Of a stretch of 64,000 nt of DNA, positions 1 to 10,659 are shown in pieces. A program made the translations under genes and the position numbers. Position 1 is the stretch's first letter, and each line of letters begins with the position of its first letter. Where the stretch lies: assembly GCF_044704955.1 (NCBI RefSeq), contig NC_091984.1:204104001-204168000 (forward strand). The letters run 5' to 3'. This DNA is from Pristiophorus japonicus. Lineage: Eukaryota. The notes beneath the pieces were generated by a model. The model was not told the origin of the DNA. It searched no databases and saw only the letters and a program-made list of their open reading frames with translations.

Positions 1-269
1 TCTCCACCCTTAAAAACCTTCACCAGACCCATCTCTTCAAGCAGTTTTCCCTCCCTAGTTTGGCGTCCCTTTTTGTTACTCCTAACAGTGAAGTGCCTTG
101 AACATTTCTTTTGTGTTTAAGGCTGAGTACAAATGCAAGTTGTTGTGCATGTTTAGTGCAGCTGCAGGGGACTCTCCAAAATTCTTGGGAGTGAGATTTA
201 TTATCAAACAAGCTGAAAATCCATACATCAAAAACAGGTTGGATTTCTGATCCAAATGAGTGTCACTCT

Positions 270-600
270 AACCCAGGGTGGATTTGACAGGCCTGGTAAA
301 GCGTCTGGAGGCGCGTGGGTGCGCGCGCATAATGCATTCGCGCGGGGCGGGATCAGGTTCGTCAGGGATTTTGTAAGCGAGTTGGAGGTGGGTGAGCTTG
401 TCGGCGGCGGAGAGACGGTTATTTTTCGTCACTAAAACTCTTGGGGATATGGCGGTAAGTGTTACCAAAGAAATAACGTTCTTTTTGGTTATTCGGGTTA
501 AGTGAGATTTATCCAAAACCCGCAGCTTTTGGTGTGGTTGCGAAGGTGCTCAATAGAAAATGGCGGCAGGCGCCATGTTGGAAATACTTTGTTTTCTGGA
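270..600. promoter_or_regulatory. CpG-rich promoter/first-exon region of RSRC2, probably bidirectional with KNTC1 beyond the window start
   Basis: CpG-dense patch in AT-rich DNA with TGCGCGCGCA (NRF1-like), GGGGCGGGA (GC-box/E2F-like) and YY1-type AAAATGGCGGC at 557-567. The KNTC1 head-to-head arrangement is inferred from mammalian synteny only. Confidence 0.7.
449..454 (+). CDS. RSRC2: RSRC2 coding exon 1 (ATG GCG)
   Basis: ATGGCG followed by a consensus GTAAGT donor. Splicing to 9288 gives MAASDTEQDG, matching recalled human MAASDTERDG. Confidence 0.85.
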
Positions 601-1789
601 ACATTCCTCTTTTTAAAAAAAAATACATATGCATGAAACGCCTCCCAAATTATATTGTGTGTGATAGTTGCGCATTTCCCATATATTTTATTAGAAAATC
701 CGATTTTTGCTGCGCTTAATTGTCATAGATTAATATGGTTAAGCGGGTGCCAATGGATGGTGCGTTGAGCAGTTTTGTGAGTGGCCGCATTGTAGGCTTG
801 CATGTTCTGCAAATTGTGTTTTGATGGACGCAGCCAGCAGAACCTCCGATTTGCAACAATCCTGTACGTGTTTATGTATAATATATGTATATATTGATAA
901 AATATAAGTCAATGTACATAATGTTCATGGACATATTTTGCGTCAAATTCGTGTTGTTACAGCCGAAAGCTTCTGGGGCCTAAAACAGCGCTTGAATCCC
1001 CAGCCAATCTTGCTCAACATAGAGCTGTCGCGCTTGTGATGAGCCGGGTTGGAGAAGCATCTGGAACATCAACGATGTGGATATGAGGCTCTTGAGTTTA
1101 GATTCAATTTACAAACTTACTGTCGTGCAGGTGAAATCAAAATGTTTTGACAATTCACAACCAGCGTGGTTTGATCTTGGTGTAATCGATATATCTGAGA
1201 TGAGCAATTTTCTGGTAGGATTAGCTGTACAGTATCCTTGTGTCACATTTTCCAGAACTGCCTCTTTTCTGAAAATGAGATCGTTTCCATTATATATATA
1301 TATGTGTGTGTGTAAATATCTAAATGATCATTAATGGATAGACAGTAGACATTTTCAGAATTTTTACAAAAATGTTAAAGCAGCTAGCAAGTCTAATTAA
1401 AAAATTTACAGAAATACGTGTATACAGTTGGTTGCCTTTTCTGTTCTAAAATGAGTTGTAATTTGTATCTAATGAGGCTGTTTGTATTAAAATTAAAACA
1501 TGACATTTTAAAGATGTACATTCAATCCTTATTTTAATATTTTTCATTCCTACATCCACATTTATAGTGAAACTTTGTAAACTTGTCACTAATTACAGCC
1601 TTCCACCAGTAATGTTGCTGCAGTGCCTCTGTTGATAGTGTCATTACATCATTAATTTAATTAGGCATTCTATATTGTTGCTTGGTGTGATAAGCACTGG
1701 ATAGTAGGGTCTTCAATTTCTTCCAGACAAAGCTCCAAACAAGGTTATGTATAGAACAAGAATATATTTAATAATCAGTAACAATGATA

Positions 1790-2440
1790 CAAGAGAAAGT
1801 GTAACCACCGTCCCTTGACATTACCATTGACTAATTTCCCACCATCACTGACCTGGGGGTTCACCATTGACCAGAATTTAACTGGACCAGCCACATACAC
1901 ACACTGGCCACACAAGGCTGGGTATTCTGCAACGAGTGACTCACCACCTGATTCCCCGAAGCCTTTCCACCATCTACAAGGCACAAGTCAGGAGTGTGAT
2001 GGAATATGCTACATTTGCCTGGATGCACTCAAGCTCAACGCCATCCAGGGCACAGCAGCTCGCTTGAATAACACCCCATCCACCACCTTAAATATTCACT
2101 CCCTTCACCACCGGCGCACTAGCTACAAGATGCACTGCAGCAACTCGCCATGGCTTCTTCCACAGCACCTCCCAAACTGTTGACTACCACCTAGAAGGAC
2201 AAGGACATCACATGGGAACACCATCACCTCCCAAGTTCCCCATCACCATTCTGACTTTTTGAAATATATCACTTTTCCTTCGTCGCTTGGTCAAAATCCT
2301 GGAACTCCCTCTCCAATGGCACTATGGGAGTACCTTCATCACACAGACTGCAGCAGTTCAAGAAGGCAGCTCACCACAGCCATCTCGAGGACAATTGGGG
2401 ATTGGCAATCAACGTCCACATCCAACAGATGAATGAAAAA
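1790..2440 (+). mobile_element. decayed non-LTR LINE 3' fragment (family distinct from the CR1s)
   Basis: Remnant frames (LNAIQ, SWNSL, FKKAAHH) and an atgaatgaaaa tail; related copies near 37520 and 50140. Confidence 0.7.
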
Positions 2441-3489
2441 AATTATAAATGTGAAAAATGGATGTTTGCACACAAGAATTTTAATATAGAAATATATAGC
2501 TTGTTTTTAAAGTTATGCAAGTTATTTAGAGGTACAATTAGTGCCAATTTTAATGTAGCAATCCTGGGGATTCGTTGTGGGAAGTGGACTTGTGGCTCTT
2601 CCCACCGCTGGGGAAGAGGAGAGGGGGAATTGGGCATGTCGGCCAAAATGTTCTGGAGAGAGAATGATGGAAGATGAAATGCTGCAAATTCTAACTTTGT
2701 TACTGATTATTATTAAATATAATCTTGTTTTATACATAACTTTGTTTGGAACTTTGGAAGAAATTGAAGACCCTGCTATCTGGTGCTTATGTTTGTCTTC
2801 ACATCTAGAAACTATCATATTTAGCTTTTTGAGTATATATATTTTAAATTGCTGCCCACATTATTTGCCTACCAGCAGAGTGAAATTTGGACCAATGTCA
2901 GCTCAAAAGTTGATTTTTATAAGGACCTTGATTTTTATAATTCACTGATATTAGAGATTTCTTAACCCCCAAGTGGATTGGGATTTGTTGCAGAGCGCAT
3001 TAAAAATCACAAACTTGATTATCAAATGTAAGTAAACATCCTGGACACTAGTCTCTTTCAGAATCTACTTGAAGCTCCCACTTTGAGATAAATATATCTG
3101 CACCCCTAAATATCTGTTCATTTAATCTTAAGAATCTACTGTTATAGTGTACTATTACAGAGTTCTCAGCATTGCCATCTATCTGCTCACTTTGTTAACT
3201 TGTTTATGACCTCCGGCATTCTTTGCCCATTTGTTATGCTGTCTAATTTATCATCCAACTTTGTACATCTAGCTCACCCATTCACATCTTCCATTAGTTT
3301 TCTTTTTGTGATTCCAGAGCTAATTGCCTTGTATACTGTTTCCTAATAGATATTCATCTTGTTCTTTTCTTTCAAACGGGCCATGGTTTTGATTTCCACC
3401 CTGCCCTAATCACCCTTATACTTAAAAAAAAAAAAAAATTGGTGGAGGGGGGCGGGGAGGGGGGAGGGGGAGAGACTTTGTAGGTATTA

Positions 3490-3925
3490 GCCTATGATCA
3501 GTGGAAGCACTCTTGCCTCTATGTTAGACGGTTGTGGTTAAAAGGTTCAGGCCTCACTCCAGAACTTGAACACATTCTCTCTCTGACACTCTAATGGAGT
3601 ACTAAGGGAATTGAATGATGTACTGTCAGAGATGTCGACTGTCAGATGAGGCGTTAAACCGAGGCCCTGTCTGCCCTTCGGGCGGATGTAAAAGATTCCA
3701 TGGCACTATTGAACAAAGAGCTGGCGAGTTCCTCTGGTGTCCAAGTCAACCTTGATTCTACAACCAACATCACAAACAGTTTAATTGGTCACTACTGTTG
3801 GTGAGATCTCGTGCACATATTGGCCACTTCCTTTCCCTACATTACAACAGTGACTATACTTCAAAAGTACTTTATTAACTGAAGTGCTTTGGTGCGCCCT
3901 GAGGTTGTGAACGATGCAATATAAA
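3490..3925 (+). mobile_element. DeuSINE/SacSINE1-like SINE
   Basis: tRNA-like head followed by the Deu-domain motif gatgaggcgttaaaccgaggccctgtctgccc; related copies at 58995 and 60175. Confidence 0.7.
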
Positions 3926-6704
3926 AGCTGTAGAATTATTGGAGAGTGCAGGGTAGGAAAGCTGATTCCTCAACTTGCAGGACTGAGTTAAGTGCAAAGA
4001 TTTTCTACCTTGGAACTTTACTCTTGCTATGTAAATGCAAGTTCATTCCTTCTAAACTGTGTCATCTAGTCCTTTAATCCTATGCCCAACAGAAGAACCA
4101 CCTTCTACCCAAATTTTTCATACCTGTGAAAATCTTAAAAACACTTGTAAGTGCCCCCTTATCATTGTCCTCTCCAGAGATTAAAGTCCCAGGGTAGACT
4201 TTGCACATATGGGTGGTGGGGGTCTGGAACTCGCTGCCTAAAAGGGTTCTAGAGGCAGAAACCCTCATCCCTTTATAAGATACTTGGATGTGCATTTAAA
4301 GAGCCGTAACCTACAGGGCTACAGACCTAGTGCTGGAAAGTGGGATTAGGCTGGGTAACTCTTTTTCGATGGGTCGAATGGCCTGTGTTGTCATTTTTCT
4401 ATGATAACTCAGCCTGGTAAGTTCAGGAATCAGCCTTCCTGACCACCAAAACATTGAGATGTCTTTTCTCTGTTAACTTTAAGCATGTTGCCATTTAATT
4501 TGTAATCCACATTCTCGATTTCTAATCTTGACTTCACATGTATCTGTGTTAAAGTTCATTTGCGGCTACTTGGCTATAGCCTGTCGATATTTCTTTGGAT
4601 TATTGCACTTTAGTTAGCTTCGTTCGTCACTGCATCCAATTTGGTACTGTTTGTAAAGGAACAATTCGGAGAATATTCATCCTCAAAGTCATTTATAAAA
4701 TTTCTCTAAGTAACAGCGGCCAGCTCATTAACCTCTGCAGTTTCACTGATACTTGTGCCATCTACCTTTCAGCCACACATCAATCCAATTTAATCCTTCA
4801 CCATCTATCCCATGTGAATCGGTCTGTTATACGGAACAGTGACTTCCTGAAATCAGGTAGATAGCATCCATCGCCTCTAACTTACTCAAAGAAATTCAGT
4901 CAAGTTGTTTGATCTGACCTGCCGCTTCTGAATCCAGATTCTCTTTAATCTTACCATGACCTGTCCTTATCACAATTGAAATAAGGATGAAAAATCTGTA
5001 ATTTGAGGGTTCATCCCTTGTCCCCTTTTTAAAGTGGAGCTCACATTTGCTACTTTCCAATCAGTTGGGATTTCAATGACATTTTGAAACATCAATGAGT
5101 AGATTTGCAATCTCCACAACCAATTCTACCAGCTCTCTTAGTTGGAGCCTCATTTGCTTTTGAGTTGCTGAATCTCTTTACCAGGCCTTCCCATGTGATT
5201 TGAGGATTACTCAAATCAGTTTTTTTTTTTAAAAATCTGTTTTGAGTTTTTAGTTTTAGCATCAAAAAAAAATTGGGATGGAGGGGGGAGAAAACTAGGT
5301 TAAATTCAGAGAAAATTAGTTTTTATTTGAAATATCACAAACTCAAGAAAACGTAAAAGATGAACAAACTGGGACTGAAATGACAACCCACCATTATTTG
5401 TCCTAACTCTTTGAAAGCTATCCAATTAGTCTCTTTTTCATGCCCATAAAAAATCTTTTTACAAGTATATTTTTCTTTTAAAAGTTATATTATGAATTTT
5501 GCTTCCATAATTGTAGTGGAATATTCCATGTCACTACAATCCTCTAGTTAAAAAATACTTTTCATAATCTCTTTTTTTAAATTATAAATTTATATGCCCA
5601 AGAGTTACACACTCATGATTGGAAATAGTTTGATTGTTGGACTACGAATAAGTAATTTACTCATTTTTAATGGTTTAAAGTGTGAATATTTCATAAAGTC
5701 TTTCTGGCTTCTCCACCTTTTATTCCTGGGCAACCACTGTAATGGAAGTTAACATTTAAAAATATTTAAATTGGACAGCCTCAATCCAGCTCCTAAACAT
5801 GGATCCACAACACAAACTTCCAAATTTTGCATGGTTTGTCAATCTCAATGAAGCTGGCTACAACGATAGCTGATTAAAACTCATTGTAGGAGCAACGTCT
5901 GCCATATGGTATCCCTGACTCTTAAGTACTTGATACTAGCTGGAAAAATGGGAAATGTTCCATTGCTCAATAATGGATTTTTAGTCAAGTAACCATGTTC
6001 CCTAGGAGTTTCATGAAAGGATTGTAAGACTCCTCCAGTTGTATCTAGGAGTAACTTCCTAGATTAACATTACATGGAGGAAACTGAAAAGGTGTGAATT
6101 TGCAATATAACTTCTATTCAAAGGAATTCCAATGGAAAAGCAGCGCTGAAGCTATAACCAAATCTGTATTGTAACATTTATGAAAAACATCTGGGTTGCT
6201 AAGTAAACTGAAATCCTTTAAAGGAAGATTTTTTCCGTTATTTCGGTGGATGGATGAATAATACATCTGGGATGAACTTGCTCAAGTCTCAACTCCCTGC
6301 AAGAATTTGGTGCTGAAAATTGAGTCTCTAGATGCATGCACATCAAGTTGGTGACACACACGGTGTATAACATCACTAATAGGATACATATGCATCTCTA
6401 GACCCATGAAGACCAGGGAGAATTCAAAATTCTGCAGGTGATAAACAGCAGGAAATCAATTTTTACTGATCCACCAACCCAAAAAATGTGAATTGGAAGT
6501 GAGTAATTGACTTCAGTGGTCCTAAACTCACTTTAATTGTCTTTATCTGTGATGCTCGGTCTCTGTGTCTCAATCTTTACATACCCTTTCATATCAGAAT
6601 CTCTTCTATTTCTCCTGTGGTTTTTAAAAAAAAAAAGTCACAAGATAATGTAATTCCAACACTTCCTTGTCCTCTGATATCTCCTCGATTTAGAGTCGTA
6701 GAAA

Positions 6705-8500
6705 AATTATAGAATCGTTGCCGCACAGTCGGAGGCCATTTGTCCCATCGCGCCCGTGCCGGCTCGCTGCAAGAGCACTTCAGCTAGTCTCAATCCCCCG
6801 CCCTTTCCCCGTAGCCCTGTAAATGTTTTTCCTTCGTATACTTATCTAATTCCCTTTTGAAAGCCACGATTGAATCTGCCTCCACCACCCTTTCAATGTA
6901 TTCCAGATCATAACCACTCGCATTGTAAAAAAGTTTTTCCTCATGTCATCCTTGGATCTTCTGCCAGTCACCTTAACTCTGACCTCTGGTTCTCAACCAT
7001 TTCGCCAATCTTTATCTACTCTTTTGACCCCTCATGATTTTAAATGCCTCTATCAAATCTCCCCTCTAACTTCTCTGTTCTGAGAACAACTCCAGTCTAT
7101 CCACGTAACTGAAGTCCCTAATTCCTGGGACCATTCTTGTAAATCTTTTCCGGACCTTCTCTTAAGACTACATACTCATTCTTCCTAAAGTGTGGTGCCC
7201 AGAATTGGACACTACTCCAGCTGTGGCCGAACCAGTGTTCCTTCATAACTTCCTTGCTTTTGTACTCTATGCCTCTATTTATAAAGCCCAGGATCCTATA
7301 TGCTTTCTTAACGGCTTTCTCACCTTCAACAATTTTTGCACATATACCACCAGGTTCTCTCTGTTCCTGCACCCCATTTAGAATTGTACCATTTAATTTA
7401 CATCACCTCTCCTTGTTCTTCCTATCAAACTGTATCACTTCGTACTTTTCTGCGTTAAACATCATTTGCCACGTGTCCGCCCATTCCACCAGCCTGTCTT
7501 ATGTCCTCTTGAAGTCTATCCCTATCCTCCTCATTGCTCATTATACTTCACTATTACTGGGGCAGACCACTACCCATGTCCCATCATTCTCAAAAAGTAT
7601 CCATTTATCCGTGCTCTTTACTTTCTGTCTCAGCCCTTTTTATCCATGGAGCTACATTCCCCTTGATACTATCTGCCGTTATTTCCCTTACAAGTCTTTT
7701 ATAAGAACATAAGAAATAGGAGCAGGAGTAGGCCATCCGGCCCCTCGAGCCTGCTCCGCCATTTAATACGATCATGGCCGATCCAATCATGGACTCAGGC
7801 CCACTTCCTTGCCCACTCCCCATAACCCCTTAATCCCTTATTGGTTAAGAAACTGTCTATCTCTGTCTTAAATTTATTCAATGTCCCACCTTCACAGCTC
7901 TCTGAGGCAGTGAATTCCACAGATTTACAACATTCTGAGAGAAGAAATTCCTCCTCCTCTCACTTTTAAATGGACGGCCCCTTATTTTATGCCCCCCTAG
8001 TTCTAGTCTCCCCTATCAATGGAAACATCCTCTCTGTATCCACCTTGTCAAGCCCCCTAATCTTATACGTTTCGAAAAGATCACACCTCATTCTTCTGAA
8101 TTCCAATGTGTCTGGCACCTTATCAGATGCCTTCTGAAGATCCATAAGCACAACATCCACTGTAGTCCCTTTGTGTGGTCTGTGATTTTCTCCAAAAAAA
8201 TTACATTAATTGAGCTCAATCTGCCCTTTATAAATCCATGATGTCTGTGTTTAGCCTATGCCTTTCTAAGGATTCACTAATTTTATCCCATATTGTGGAG
8301 TTTGTCTTTTTTCCACAACTGAGGTGAGACTGACTGGCTTCCAGTTCACTGGTTATTCCTTTCTCTGACACAGTCATGTGATATTTGCCACCTTCCAGTC
8401 CTTTGCTACAATTCCCATGTTCCAAAAATGTTTGCAAACTGTTGGTACTTCTACTATCTGTCACAGTGATTTTTGTACTTTTACACCAATAAACAATTTT
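6705..8500 (-). mobile_element. cluster of decayed CR1 LINE fragments, including a younger 3' tail at about 7703-8110
   Basis: RT C-terminal motifs (GFINRGIEYKS, VQFWAP) and an ataagaacataagaa tail. Confidence 0.8.
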
Positions 8501-8515
8501 AATAGTTTCCTTTTG

Positions 8516-8648
8516 AATACTTCTCTCCAGTAGCGATTTTTCCACATTCTCCTTTGGTATTCCTACACTGTCACTTTCACAAGATGAAAGTGACAGTGTA
8601 GGAATACCAAAGGAGAATGTGGAAGAATCGCTACTGGAGAGAAGTATT
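8516..8648. repeat. 64-bp inverted repeat with 5-nt spacer
   Basis: 8516-8579 is the reverse complement of 8585-8648 with a single mismatch. Confidence 0.95.
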
Positions 8649-8814
8649 TTTTTTTAAAAAACAACTGTAAAATACTTATTAAAGTATCTCTGCTATTCCC
8701 TATAATATGGCTGTCCACTGTCTCAAAGTGGTCCCACCCCTGCCGTGCTTCTGCTTGAGCATTGACAGATAAATAATACTGATCTGGGTCTTTCCTATCA
8801 AAATCTTTGTTAGC

Positions 8815-9225
8815 TATTGCTCTGGTGGCTCAACAAATTTGTCCAGTGAGTGAGTGAGCCAAATAGATCAGGAAAGTCCTAGATTTGATTCTTGGTCTGT
8901 GATGAATTAGCTAATCTGTGTTAGAAAAATCATGCTGCAATTGGCTCCAGTGTTACAGAGGGGCAATCAGCCAGGTTTCCTGTCCCCGTTTACTATCCAG
9001 TGACTCCTGCCCATGTGCATGCATAGCAAGTAAGGACAAGAGAGGATAGGATTAGGTTTGGCCGTGATGCCATCTCAACCTTCCACCACCAACCAGGTAA
9101 GAAAGCTTACTAACACTGTCAAAACTCTCACTTGAATAGTAGCCACTTGGGCCAAGAATCAGAGGGTGTTTATCTTGAAACTGTACCCCAGCAAAGGAAC
9201 AATACCTTTAGGAGGAAAGGCAATG
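8815..9225 (+). mobile_element. LF-SINE-like element
   Basis: Ordered motifs recalled from the LF-SINE consensus: ggtctgtgatgaattagct, caattggc, atcagccagg, ctatccagtgactcctgc, ggccgtgatgcc, gccacttgg. Decayed relatives lie near 11690, 16390(-), 48155, 49330 and 57420(-). Confidence 0.65.
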
Positions 9226-9287
9226 GAGGACTTTTGTCAAACAAAATTAATACCAATCTATATGCAACTTTTAAAATCTACCAACAG

Positions 9288-9456
9288 GCAAGCGATACTG
9301 AACAGGATGGTTTAGTTTTGAAAAAGTCTGCTTCTGACACGGAAAAGAAAAGTGAGAGATCGGCATCGTCTAGATCTCCCAAAAGCTACAAGCACCATTC
9401 TTCCCGATCCCGGTCTAGGTCGAGATCAAGATCTAGGGAAAAGAAACGGAAGTCTG
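9288..9456 (+). CDS. RSRC2: RSRC2 exon 2
   Basis: caacag|GCAAGCGAT...TCTG|gtgtgt; encodes ASDTEQDGL...KHHSSRSRSRSRSRSREKKRKS; 169 nt, ends phase 1. Confidence 0.9.
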
Positions 9457-10612
9457 GTGTGTACGTTTTTATTGGTGTATAAGATTCTACACTCTTGTTA
9501 TGTTAGAATTACACACTCAAATTGTAAATGGGAAATTAATTATTATTTGAGAGTTTACGCTTTTCTCAACTAAATATTCTTTCTTCCTTACTTAGGTGGC
9601 CATGTGGTATTACTTGATAGGGCAGGTGATTTCTTCCTAAATTTCTACTTATACCAATATGCAACCTGGCATTAGAGATGCACAAAAGCAGCAGAGATCG
9701 ACTTGACCTCTTCTTCCCTCCCCAAACACAATTCCTTTTCCCCTTGCCCGAGATCAGGAAGTTGTGAATTCCACTGTGTATTAGTAGCTCAATGTACTAC
9801 AACTTTAGGTTTCCACAATCTTTAATTTGCTAGAGCTATAGAAACTTGAGCTAATTAGTAGTAGTTTATGAAAAAAATTGTTTGCATTAGTTCTTTTCAG
9901 TATTTGTGAACATAAGAATCATGAAAATAATAATGAATTTCCAAAAGATACTTGCCTATTTGCTTACTCTTTTACGTAACCTTGATGTGAGTGAAATGTA
10001 TTAAACAACACCACACTTTTACAAGCCAGGTTAAGTGCCACATGCAACTGAAACTTTTCTCTGAAAGTGAAGAGCACCAGTTGTAAACATGCACTTTGCT
10101 TCAGATATTAGTTGCATAATTGCCTTTGAGAAAGCTGGAGCAGCGGGTATAATTTAGTTGCACATTATAATTTACTCATTGGCCCAAATGGTTAGACAAG
10201 AGATAAGTAAAGAGTGGCGATACACATCACAGTTGAGGTTGATCGGCCCAGGTGCCAGAATACTACTCATTCATTAGATTAGCACCAAACCTGGGTTGGA
10301 GCTGCTTTTGATATTATAGTTCAATACTGAGAATCTTGTGTACCTCCTCCCACAGCTGCAAGTGTAAATGCTTGCAAAATATATTCTATTACAATCTTCC
10401 ACTGCCTTTTGGTTTAGATTGAACTGATCAAAATAAATTAATTTGTGACCAGTTCCTCTGGGTCTTGAATCCTCCTTTCTGATTTTTAAAAAAATATGCG
10501 CTGCATGGATAATTAAGTTATAATTCTAAAATTATCTTTTATAATGAACACTCATCATTTTTTTCTCCACTGAGTTTGTCAGGTGCTCATGTGGCAGTTT
10601 TTCATTTTCCAG

Positions 10613-10659
10613 AAAGTGAAAGCCGGAAACGCAAACGAAGTCGCAGCAGAAGCAAAGAG
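10613..10659 (+). CDS. RSRC2: RSRC2 exon 3
   Basis: ttttccag|AAAGTG...AAAGAG|gtaatt; ESESRKRKRSRSRSKE, phase 1 to 0. Confidence 0.9.

Noticed and set aside
1-270. KNTC1 first exon
   Set aside because: Expected from synteny, but no recognisable coding sequence is visible here.
3490-3580. tRNA-like sequence
   Set aside because: Degenerate SINE head with no complete cloverleaf. I found no supportable tRNA, rRNA or snoRNA in the window.
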